Translations under genes and position numbers: made by a program
The notes under the pieces: generated by a model
The model's database searches: none
Told to the model about the DNA's origin: nothing
Seen by the model: only the letters and a program-made list of their open reading frames with translations
Part shown: positions 56,227 to 64,000 of the stretch, piece by piece
How the letters are laid out: every line of letters starts with the position of its first letter
Numbering within the stretch: the first letter of the stretch is position 1
Assembly (NCBI GenBank): GCA_965204755.1
Contig: OZ242011.1
Span: 128,001-192,000 of the forward strand
Direction of reading: 5' to 3'
Source: Candidatus Marinacidobacterium sp.
Lineage (GTDB): Bacteria > Acidobacteriota > Vicinamibacteria > Marinacidobacterales > Marinacidobacteraceae
Length of the DNA stretch: 64,000 bases

Positions 56227-56280
56227 CCCGGCGGCGTCCCGGCGAGGGGGAAACCCCTTCGCCGGGACGCCGCCGGGTTT
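56227..56280. terminator. Long GC hairpin between convergent genes (probable bidirectional terminator)
   Basis: CCCGGCGGCGTCCCGGCGA-GGGGG-AAA-CCCCT-TCGCCGGGACGCCGCCGGG followed by TTT, a stem of about 24 bp. Confidence 0.65.
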
Positions 56281-56300
56281 CCGGCGTACGGCCGCCGGAC

Positions 56301-57200
56301 TCAGGGGCGGGCGGTGTAACCGGAGCGGGCGCGGACCCGGACGCCCCGGCGCTTCACCTCGACGCGGAGGGGGACGAAACCGCGGTGTTCCGGCGGAGGC
56401 GTGAAGGCGAGCACATAGCGGACGCGGAGTTCGTCGAGGATCTCGCGGAACGCCGCCGTCAGGTCCCGGTCGTCGCGCACCTCCACGGTCCGGCCCCCGC
56501 TTTCCTCGCTCAGCCGGCGGAGGAACCGCCGGCCCCGCTCGTCGGAGTCCACCGAGCGCGAAGCCCGGTGCGGCGGGGCGATCACGGCGTACACCAGTGA
56601 CTCGGTGGCCTGCATGGAGCGGAGGACTTCCGGCTCGCCCGCCCAACTCAGGTTGTCGTCGCCGTCCGTGAACACGAGCAGCACCCCCCGGCCCGACCCG
56701 CCCCGGAGCGCCGCCAGCGAGAGGAGGACGGCGTCGCGGAGCGCGGTCGGCCCTCCCGCCATCGTCCGCCGGATCCGCCGGCCCACCTCCGGGCCGCAGG
56801 GGCCGAAGGGCCGGAGCCAGCGCGCCACCATCGAGATGGCGACCACCGCGCAGGAGTCCCGCTCGCCGAGGGAGGAGGCGAAGGCCGTCGCCCCTTCGGC
56901 GAGCCGGCGCCGGCGTTCCCCCGCGGTGCTCGCGCTGACATCCATGGCGAACAGCACCGCGAGGGCGAGCGAGTCGCGGTCCACCAGCCGGAACCCGATC
57001 GGCTCGCCGGCGGCGAAGAGGGTGAAGTCGTCCGGCGAGAGGTCCTCCACCGGCTCGTCCCCCCGGAACGCGGAGACATCCACCAGCACCGCGCGCGTTT
57101 CCACGCGGAATTGGGATCGCCCCTCCGCCGGGCCGACCGCGGGAAGCAGCGCCGCGAAGAGCGCGGCCGAAGCGTGACGGCGGCGGCCGGCGCAGCGCAA
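56301..57200 (-). CDS. Exported VWA domain protein (Acidobacteria-type VWFA)
   Basis: FRVET..VLVDVS, DVSAS, T.LRDA, FTDGDD and L..ESGG...EL...Y.L.F.P.....V.V......VRARSGY. Confidence 0.85.
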   Translation of the reverse strand: MRCAGRRRHASAALFAALLPAVGPAEGRSQFRVETRAVLVDVSAFRGDEPVEDLSPDDFTLFAAGEPIGFRLVDRDSLALAVLFAMDVSASTAGERRRRLAEGATAFASSLGERDSCAVVAISMVARWLRPFGPCGPEVGRRIRRTMAGGPTALRDAVLLSLAALRGGSGRGVLLVFTDGDDNLSWAGEPEVLRSMQATESLVYAVIAPPHRASRSVDSDERGRRFLRRLSEESGGRTVEVRDDRDLTAAFREILDELRVRYVLAFTPPPEHRGFVPLRVEVKRRGVRVRARSGYTARP

Positions 57201-57222
57201 GACAGCCGGGATCAGGCCGGGA

Positions 57223-58293
57223 TCAGGCCGCGAGTCGGCGCAGGAAGGAGAGTCCCGGTTCCTCCGCCTCCGCCCAGGTGGTCAGGAAGTCCAGCCAGGG
57301 AGTCTCGTAGTCCCGCTGCGACAGGAAATCGCCGGCCAGTTCCGCCGCGGCCTCCCCGAGGCCGCGGTCCTGCATCGCCGCCACCAGCGCGGCGACCGCG
57401 GCGGGCGAGGAGGGGAAGGCGCTGACCGCTTCCCGCAGCGGCGGGATCTCGGCCTCGCCGGGCCGGCGGCGCATCGCCGACTCCGCGGCGAGGAGCCGCA
57501 GCGGCGCCAGCAGCCGCCGGGGGACCGGCTCGACCACGCGGGCGAGCGACCGCTCGGCGGCGTCGTAGTCCCCCTGCCCCAGTTCGGCGAGCGCGGTCCG
57601 CAGGTGGAGGTCGGCGGGAGTTCCCATCGCCCGGGCGGTGGCCCGGTCGGACGCCGCCGCCTCCTCGCGGCTCCAGCCGCGGCGGCGGACCGCTTGGACG
57701 AGCGCGCTGCCGGCCTCCTTCCATAGATCCTCTTGGCGCAGGTAGCGCGCGCCGAGCAGGTCGAGGGCGGCCCGCTGCCAGGCGAGGGCCGGGTCGCTCC
57801 GGGGACCGCCGGCGTCGAACGCGGACCGGGCTCCGCCCAAGTCCAACCGGGACAGGAGCATCCGTCCGACGGCGAGGTGGAGTTCGCGGTTCACCAGCCG
57901 CCGCAGGTCGTCGGACGCCGAGCGGCCCCAGGCGCGCCCGGCTTCTTCGCGGAACTCCGACGGGAGACCCGGCGGCCAACCCTCCTCCAGGGAGCGGATC
58001 GGCCGGGAGGTCAGCCGGCCCAGCGCCGCCGCCCCGCGGAACCGGGCGGCGCCTTCGGCGTGGAGCAGCGCCGCTGCGAGGCGCTGCCGGAAACCGACGG
58101 GCGTCCCCGGCGGCGGGCAGCCGTCGAGGAAGGCGCGCTGCGCCGATACCGCGTCCTCCGGGCGGACCTCGAAGGCGCGCCGCGCGGACTCCACGAACCG
58201 CCCTTCGCGGTACCCGGCCACCCACTCGGCGTACTCGCCGGCCGCGGCGCCCCGGGACCGGCCGCCGCGGATCCGGCCCGCCGGCCGCCGCAT
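57223..58293 (-). CDS. TPR-like helical protein
   Basis: Helical repeats, an AALLH.E motif shared with 40686..41708, and a C-terminal P-W motif. Start at ATG 58293 (uncertain). Confidence 0.6.
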   Translation of the reverse strand: MRRPAGRIRGGRSRGAAAGEYAEWVAGYREGRFVESARRAFEVRPEDAVSAQRAFLDGCPPPGTPVGFRQRLAAALLHAEGAARFRGAAALGRLTSRPIRSLEEGWPPGLPSEFREEAGRAWGRSASDDLRRLVNRELHLAVGRMLLSRLDLGGARSAFDAGGPRSDPALAWQRAALDLLGARYLRQEDLWKEAGSALVQAVRRRGWSREEAAASDRATARAMGTPADLHLRTALAELGQGDYDAAERSLARVVEPVPRRLLAPLRLLAAESAMRRRPGEAEIPPLREAVSAFPSSPAAVAALVAAMQDRGLGEAAAELAGDFLSQRDYETPWLDFLTTWAEAEEPGLSFLRRLAA

Positions 58294-58298
58294 GGCGT

Positions 58299-59552
58299 CT
58301 ACCGGGAGGAGGGCGCCGCGCCGGCGCGCCGGGGCGGCCCCTCCCGGACGAGGTCGAGGAAGGCGCCGGCGTGGGAGACCCGGATCTCGGTCCCCTCGGT
58401 GAGCGGGACGGCCTCCCGGAAGAAGAACCGCTCCGCCCAGTCCCGGTCGAACCGCCGGATCCTCAGCAGCGTGGCGGCTTCGCCGTCCGGCCCGACCGCC
58501 TCCACCGTGAACCCCTCCGGGCCGAATCCCCCGCCCCCGGCGCCGCCGCCCTCCGGCGGGTAGAGCGCCAGGAGATCGCCCGAGAGGCGGGTGCTCCCCG
58601 CTTCGACGGCGACCGTCTCCAGCGGGCGGGAGTCGGCGGCGGCGGGAAGGACGACCACTTCCGGGAGGTGGCGGAAGGCGAGTCCCTCCGTCTCGAACCC
58701 CTTGCGGTACTCCAGGAGGAGGTGGAGGGCCGCGTCGGCGGGCAACTCGCGGCGGGTTCCCGGGGGCAGCCCGCCGGACTCCGGCCGCCGCCCCTGCCCC
58801 ACCACCCAGACGAACACCGGGACGCCGTCCTCGCAGCCGCCGCGAAGCAGCACCGCGCGGCGGAGGATCGGCGCGGCGGCGCCGGGGTCGAACCGGAAAC
58901 CGCCCGCCGCGGGCGGGGCGTCCTCCGGGCGTTCGAGCCGGACGCACCGCTCGGCTTCGGAAGTCCCTTCGCCGACCTCCACCGGGGCCTCCCCCCGGAG
59001 CCGCGCGGCGCCCGCCGGGAATCCGGCGCCCGGCGCCCCGCCGTTCGACTCCCCCCCGGTCGACTCCCCGCCCCCATCGGGCGGGCGACCCTCCGGAGCG
59101 AGGCCGATCGCCCAGTCCACCAGCAGGTTCGTCTCCCGTTCGTCCAGCGTGCGGGCATGCGCGAAGTCGCCGACGCCGTCGTCCGGCAGCCACGGCGGCA
59201 TCCGGCGCTCCAGCACCTGCCGGGCGATGGAGTTCGCCCAGGGGAGGGCGTCCGCGTAGCGCATCAGGTTGACCGGCGCCGGCCCCTCCCCGGAGTGGCA
59301 GGACGCGCAATGCCGCTCCAGCAGCGGACGGACCTCCCGCCAGTAGGCGTACCGCGAGAGTTCCGGCTCGTGCGCCGACGCGGCGCCCCCCACCCCGAAC
59401 GAATTCCCGAACGAATCCCCCACCGAGCCGCCGCCGGGGCCGAAGAGCGTGAGGCCGAGCGCCCACCCCGCCCCGGCGAGCGCTCCGGCGGCGAAGGGCC
59501 AGCCGGGCCGGAGGGCGGCCGCCGCCGCGCGCGTCCGGGTCACCGCGGGCAT
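58299..59552 (-). CDS. Cytochrome c (CxxCH) domain protein with a degenerate copper-monooxygenase-like C-terminus
   Basis: V.PLL.RHCASCH..G..P, RRMPPW and L...E..L..W...APEG. The C-terminal L.I..FD.DW...F.F...V.L..GT.I.V resembles the Cu-monooxygenase fold. Confidence 0.7.
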   Translation of the reverse strand: MPAVTRTRAAAAALRPGWPFAAGALAGAGWALGLTLFGPGGGSVGDSFGNSFGVGGAASAHEPELSRYAYWREVRPLLERHCASCHSGEGPAPVNLMRYADALPWANSIARQVLERRMPPWLPDDGVGDFAHARTLDERETNLLVDWAIGLAPEGRPPDGGGESTGGESNGGAPGAGFPAGAARLRGEAPVEVGEGTSEAERCVRLERPEDAPPAAGGFRFDPGAAAPILRRAVLLRGGCEDGVPVFVWVVGQGRRPESGGLPPGTRRELPADAALHLLLEYRKGFETEGLAFRHLPEVVVLPAAADSRPLETVAVEAGSTRLSGDLLALYPPEGGGAGGGGFGPEGFTVEAVGPDGEAATLLRIRRFDRDWAERFFFREAVPLTEGTEIRVSHAGAFLDLVREGPPRRAGAAPSSR

Positions 59553-60709
59553 CCCGCCCCGGCGAGCGCCGGGAGGCCGCTCATCCCCTCGGCGAAGACC
59601 GTGTAAGCCTCCTCGACCCGGGTCCGGTCACCGGCGTCGCCGTGGAGGTCGAGCAGCCAGGCGCCCCGGACGATGCGCTTCAGCGCCGCCCAGGGCCGCT
59701 CTTCCGGGCCCAGGCGCTCCCCGTAGGCGAGCGCCAGTTCCTTCGCTTCGAGCGCCGGGATGAACAGGTCCGCCCAGCGCCCGGCGGAGATCAGGTTCCG
59801 GACCCGCCGATCCCGGTCGTGGATCTCCCGGAGGATCGCCTCCGGCCGCTCGGGGATCCGGAGTTCCGGCAGGCCCCCCGCCGAGGGGGAGTCCGCCGAC
59901 CCGGCGGCGGATTCGGACGCGAGCCGCGCCCGCTCCGCTTCCGGCAGGAAGACGAAGTCGAACCGGGCTTCCTCCTCCCGGTCCGGGAACCGCACGAAGG
60001 CGGTGAAGGAAGCGCGTTCGTCGGGATCCGTCTCCGCGGGCATCTCCAGCGCCTCCGGGGCGGAGGCGAGCGGCGCCGGGTCGCCGATCGGCTCTCCCCG
60101 GTCGTCGGCGGGGACGGCGCGGGCGCGGAACCCCGCCGGGGGCAGCGGGCGGGTGAACGAGTCGTAGAAGTAGAGGCGGAAGGCGCCGTCCACCAGCGCG
60201 CCTTCGAGGTGGTGCACGCCGTCCGGGGCCATGAACAGGACGCCCCCGTGGCGCGGGTTGTGGTCGCCGTGCTCGGCCCGGCGGGTCGTTCGGTCGCGGG
60301 GCGCCCCGCCTTCGCACTCGCCCGGCTCGGGGAACAGGCGGTCCGGCGCGTCCGGGCAGAACCAGACGACTTCGCGCGTCGTCGGCGCCAGCGGTTCGCC
60401 GGTGGACGGACAGGTCCCCGGCGTCTCGGAGACGACGGCGTCCGTTTCGTCCGCGAGGCAGACATAGCGGGTGGTCAGCGTCCGGCGCACCATGGCCATG
60501 CCGCAGATCGCGCAGCGGGAAGGCCCGGCGGCCTGGCGGTCCCGGTGCATCGGGCAGAGGAAGACCGTGTAGTCCTCCTGGACGGGCGTCCCGGCGGGCG
60601 TCCCGGCCGGCGCGCCCCCGGCGGCGGAGGCCCAACCGGAAGAAACCAGGAACGCCGCCGCCAGGACGAGGCGCCGGCGTCGGCTCGGGGGTCTCGACGA
60701 AGGAGCCAC
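59540..60709 (-). CDS. Exported heavy-metal-binding domain protein (CPMH-type repeats plus His-rich motif)
   Basis: FLCPMH......GPSRCAICGMAM, two degenerate repeats (YVC...PGTCP and WFCP...PGEC), and HGDHNPRHGG..FMAPD..HHLEG. Confidence 0.8.
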   Translation of the reverse strand: MAPSSRPPSRRRRLVLAAAFLVSSGWASAAGGAPAGTPAGTPVQEDYTVFLCPMHRDRQAAGPSRCAICGMAMVRRTLTTRYVCLADETDAVVSETPGTCPSTGEPLAPTTREVVWFCPDAPDRLFPEPGECEGGAPRDRTTRRAEHGDHNPRHGGVLFMAPDGVHHLEGALVDGAFRLYFYDSFTRPLPPAGFRARAVPADDRGEPIGDPAPLASAPEALEMPAETDPDERASFTAFVRFPDREEEARFDFVFLPEAERARLASESAAGSADSPSAGGLPELRIPERPEAILREIHDRDRRVRNLISAGRWADLFIPALEAKELALAYGERLGPEERPWAALKRIVRGAWLLDLHGDAGDRTRVEEAYTVFAEGMSGLPALAGAGCPR

Positions 60710-60725
60710 GGCGGAAATGTACCGA

Positions 60726-61289
60726 TCAGGCGGGCGGCGGCTCCGACGACTGCCCCGGGGGTGACTCCGACGGGGAGGCCGTCAGCGGGACCACGATCCC
60801 TTCGGCGGCGCGCGCCAGGGACTCCGGGGCGAGCAGGATCTCCTCGCCCCAGACCCCGGCGCCGACGCCGAGCACCGGCTCCGCCATGAGCGCCTCGTCG
60901 AGGAAGGTGCGGACGCCGGGCGGCTGCCAGGAGAACGGCGGGATGGAGCCGATCCGGTAGCCGGTGAAGGCGAGCACCGCTTCGGGGCTGGCCAGGCGGA
61001 TGTTCCGGTTGCCGAAGGCGCGTTTCAGCAGCCGGGAGACGGCGCTCCGGTCGCCGCCGACGGCGACGAGCGCCCGCTCGCCGGTCCCGGACTCGAAGAC
61101 CAGCGTCTTCACCATCTGGCTCTCCCGGAACCCGAGCGCCCGGGCGACGGAAGCCGCCCCCTTCGGCGTCGTCGCCGGGAAGGTCCGCCGCTCCCAGGGG
61201 ATGCCCCGTTCGTCGAGGTGCCGGTGGGCGGGCAGCCGCCCGTCGGGACCTCGCTCGGGGCCTCGCTCGGGGCCTCGCTCCGGACTCAC
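60726..61289 (-). CDS. YbaK/EbsC-family aminoacyl-tRNA deacylase
   Basis: MVKTLVF, LASPE.V...TGY.IGSIPPF and VGAG..G.EI.L.P. GTG overlaps the SDR stop. Confidence 0.88.
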   Translation of the reverse strand: MSPERGPERGPERGPDGRLPAHRHLDERGIPWERRTFPATTPKGAASVARALGFRESQMVKTLVFESGTGERALVAVGGDRSAVSRLLKRAFGNRNIRLASPEAVLAFTGYRIGSIPPFSWQPPGVRTFLDEALMAEPVLGVGAGVWGEEILLAPESLARAAEGIVVPLTASPSESPPGQSSEPPPA

Positions 61290-62158
61290 CGGCCGCCCTC
61301 CCCTCCGGCGCGGCGGGCGAGTTCCGAGCCCACCGCCCGCCCCGCCCGGCGCACCGCCGCCCGCGGCAGCAGCCGGACGAGCAGGGGCGTGAGCCGGGGC
61401 AGGAAGCCGGGATTCACCACCACCCGGCCCCGGAGCGCCCCCCGGTAGCCGGCGCGGGCGACCGCCTTCGGGTCGGCGAGCGCCAGCCGCCGGACCCCGG
61501 AGAGCCGGCGGATCCCGGCGGTGGACAGGAACGGGGTGTCCACCGGCCCCGGGCAGAGCACGCTCACGGTGACGCCGCTGCCGGCCAGTTCCCCGGCCAG
61601 CCCCTCGGTGAGATGGAGCAGGAACGCCTTGGCGGCGGCATAGACGGTGAAACCGAGCCCGGGGACATACCCGGCCCCGGAACCCACATTCAGGATCCGC
61701 CCGCTCCCGGAGCGGAGCATCTCCGGCAGGAAGAGGCGGCAGAGGTCGGCCGGCGCGGAGAGGTCGAGCGCGATCATCGCCCGCTGGAGCCGGAGCGGGA
61801 CCTCCGTGAACGGGCGGCTCACCCCGAACCCGGCGTTGTTCACCAGGAAGTCCACCCGGAGACCGCGCTCCCGGACCTCCTCGAACAGCCGCTCGGCGGC
61901 GCCGGCCCCGGTGAGGTCGAGCGGGAGCGCGACGGCGCGGACCCGATACTCGTCCTCGATCCGTTCGGCCAGCCGGGCGAGGCGCTCCCCGTTCCGCGCC
62001 ACCAGCACCGTGTCCCGGCCGTCCGCGGCGGCGAGGAGCGCGATCTCCCGCCCGATCCCGGTGGAAGCCCCGGTGACCAGGGTCCAACCGGACACCGGCG
62101 CGCCGGGCGGCGCCCCTTCGACCGGCGCCGACCCCTCCGGCTCGCCTCTTTCCGCCAC
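61286..62158 (-). CDS. Short-chain dehydrogenase/reductase (DltE-like)
   Basis: TGASTGIG, LVNNAGFG, YAAAK and LCPGPVDT. Confidence 0.92.
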   Translation of the reverse strand: MAERGEPEGSAPVEGAPPGAPVSGWTLVTGASTGIGREIALLAAADGRDTVLVARNGERLARLAERIEDEYRVRAVALPLDLTGAGAAERLFEEVRERGLRVDFLVNNAGFGVSRPFTEVPLRLQRAMIALDLSAPADLCRLFLPEMLRSGSGRILNVGSGAGYVPGLGFTVYAAAKAFLLHLTEGLAGELAGSGVTVSVLCPGPVDTPFLSTAGIRRLSGVRRLALADPKAVARAGYRGALRGRVVVNPGFLPRLTPLLVRLLPRAAVRRAGRAVGSELARRAGGEGGR

Positions 62159-62205
62159 GCGCTCCCCGCTCGTTCGCCGGTACCATCCCCAGTCTATTCC
62201 GCCCC

Positions 62206-64000
62206 GTGATCGAACCTCCTCCCGCGCCGCCCCGACCCCGCCTGATCCCGCGCGAGATCTCGCAACTCGCGTTCAACGCGCGCGTCCTCCAGGAAGCCCG
62301 CGACGAGACCGTGCCGCTCCTCGAGCGGCTGCGGTTCCTCGGCATCTTCTCGAGCAACCAGGACGAGTACTACCGGGTGCGCGTCGCCACCATCCAGCGG
62401 CTGCACCGGCTCGGCGGCAAGGGGCGGCAACTGCTCGGCGGCGACCCCGGCGACCTGCTCGAGGAGATCCAACGCCGGATCCTCAACGACCAGAGCGTCT
62501 TCCTCGACACCTACGACCTCCTGCTCGGCCAACTCGAGGAGCACGGGATCCACATCCTCACCGACCGGGACCTGAACGAGGAACAGGGCCGCTTCGTCCG
62601 CGACTACTTCACCCGGAAGGTCCGGCCGCGCCTCACGCCGATCATGCTCGGCGGCAAGGGGAAGCGGCTCCAACTCGACGAGCGGGACATCTACCTCGGA
62701 GTGGAGGTGGAGCGCCACGGCCGGGAGGGGATGCACGCCATCGTGGACATCCCGGTGCGGGCCGTCGGGCGGTTCGTCCGCCTGCCGTCGCCGAAGAACG
62801 GCGCGACGATCATCCTCCTCGAAGATGTGATCCGGCGCCACCTCGCGGACATCTTCTCGATCTTCCGCGTGAGGCACACCCACGGGTATGTGGTGAAACT
62901 CACCCGCGACGCGGAAATCGACCTCGACGGCAATCCCCGGGACAGTTACCTGCGCCAGGTGCAGAAAAGCGTGCAGTCCCGGCGGACGGCGCCGCTGGTG
63001 CGGTTCGTGTACGACGCCACCATGCCGCCGACGCTCCTGAAGTCGCTCTGCCGCGCGCTCCGGGTGGACGACCGCTGCGTCCTGGTCCCGGGCGGGCGGC
63101 ACCACAACTTCAAGGACTTCATCCACTTCCCCCGGCTGAAGAAGGACCTCCGGTACCGGCCGTGGCCGCCGCTCGGCGTGCCGGCGATCGACGGGAGCCG
63201 CTCCATCATGCGCGCCATCCGGGGCGGCGACATCCTGCTCGAAACTCCTTACCAGCGGTTCTCCAGCCTCATCGATCTCCTGCGCGAAGCGGCGATCGAC
63301 CCGAAGGTGACCCGCATCTACATCACCATGTACCGGGTCGCCCCGAACTCCGGCGTCGTGGGGGCGCTGGTGAACGCCGCCCGGAACGGCAAGCAGGTCA
63401 CCGCGGTGGTGGAACTCACCGCCCGGTTCGACGAGGCCACGAACATCGAGTTCACCGACATCCTGACCCGCGAGGGCGTGCGCGTGGTGTTCGGCCCGGA
63501 AGACCTGAAGATCCACGCCAAGATGGGCGTGATCGAACGCAAGGAGCGCGGCGAACGCGTCCGCTACGGCTTCCTCGGCACCGGGAACATGAACGAGGAC
63601 ACCGCGGCGATCTACGCCGACCATTTCCTGCTGACCGCGCACCCCGGCATCTGCTCGGACATCGCCCGGCTGTTCCGGGTGATCCGCCGCCCGTACGAAG
63701 AGCGGAACATGGAGCACCTGGTCGCTTCCCCGTGGGACCTCCACGACTTCGTCGCCGGGAAGATCCGCGCGGAGACCGAGCGCGCCCGGCGCGGCGAACC
63801 GGCCTTCATCGAGGCGAAACTCAACAACCTCACCCACCCGGGCATCATCGCGCTCCTCTACGAGGCCGCGGACGCCGGGGTGGACCTCCGGTTCATCGTG
63901 CGCGGCACTTTCTCGATCCCGACCGAAGAGGTCCCGGCCCGGGGCGCGCTCCGCGCCATCACCATCCTCGACCGGTACCTCGAGCACTCCCGGATCCTGG
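62206..64000 (+). CDS. ppk1: Polyphosphate kinase 1 (3'-truncated by the window edge; absent from the ORF track)
   Basis: Manual translation gives REISQLAFNARVLQEA...PLLERLRFLGIFSSNQDEYYRVRVA, AAIDP, TMYR, VELTARFDE, KIHAK (phospho-His), GTGN, AKLNNL, IVRG and DRYLEHSRI. Confidence 0.95.
   Translation, partial: MIEPPPAPPRPRLIPREISQLAFNARVLQEARDETVPLLERLRFLGIFSSNQDEYYRVRVATIQRLHRLGGKGRQLLGGDPGDLLEEIQRRILNDQSVFLDTYDLLLGQLEEHGIHILTDRDLNEEQGRFVRDYFTRKVRPRLTPIMLGGKGKRLQLDERDIYLGVEVERHGREGMHAIVDIPVRAVGRFVRLPSPKNGATIILLEDVIRRHLADIFSIFRVRHTHGYVVKLTRDAEIDLDGNPRDSYLRQVQKSVQSRRTAPLVRFVYDATMPPTLLKSLCRALRVDDRCVLVPGGRHHNFKDFIHFPRLKKDLRYRPWPPLGVPAIDGSRSIMRAIRGGDILLETPYQRFSSLIDLLREAAIDPKVTRIYITMYRVAPNSGVVGALVNAARNGKQVTAVVELTARFDEATNIEFTDILTREGVRVVFGPEDLKIHAKMGVIERKERGERVRYGFLGTGNMNEDTAAIYADHFLLTAHPGICSDIARLFRVIRRPYEERNMEHLVASPWDLHDFVAGKIRAETERARRGEPAFIEAKLNNLTHPGIIALLYEAADAGVDLRFIVRGTFSIPTEEVPARGALRAITILDRYLEHSRIL

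Noticed and set aside
56227-56280. REP/MITE or CRISPR repeat
   Set aside because: I saw only one copy in the window, with no spacers or cas genes. Its position between convergent genes fits a terminator.
62194-63987. 597-aa minus-strand ORF
   Set aside because: It is the antisense shadow of ppk1, which is on the plus strand and runs off the window.
62206-64000. Substitutions in PPK1 motifs (NQDEYY, LLETPY, ELTARFDE, GNMNE) suggesting inactivation
   Set aside because: These positions vary among PPK1 homologs, and the key His motifs (KIHAK, EHSR) are intact.

Overview
A very GC-rich (by eye about 70-75%) bacterial chromosomal window. The Acidobacteria-type VWA and TPR genes suggest Acidobacteriota, but that is inference only. 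Almost all real genes are on the minus strand, and most long ORFs in the track are GC-driven shadow frames. The most striking content is an expanded surface-glycosylation system. It has one GT2 polyprenol-phosphate sugar synthase, one flippase-like membrane protein and six large GT-C-fold membrane glycosyltransferases in two loci (2.6-17.2 kb and 34.3-39.6 kb). Each GT-C carries 1-4 copies of a ~100-aa two-cysteine extracytoplasmic module that I cannot assign to a family (14 copies in total). DNA-level evidence shows recent module shuffling, a gene fusion and a decayed copy. Other highlights: an exported peroxiredoxin with an in-frame UGA at the peroxidatic position (probable selenoprotein, split in the ORF track), prfB with its +1 programmed frameshift, and near-total avoidance of ACGT and AGCT through synonymous codon choice. 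The window also holds an HsdR_N-N6-methyltransferase fusion with no adjacent S subunit, a moxR-DUF58-batABCDE operon, and a heavy-metal-binding / cytochrome c / TPR / VWA operon. A partial ppk1 at the right edge is missed by the ORF track. I saw no rRNA, tRNA, CRISPR array, transposase or integrase. All family assignments are by motif recognition, not database search.
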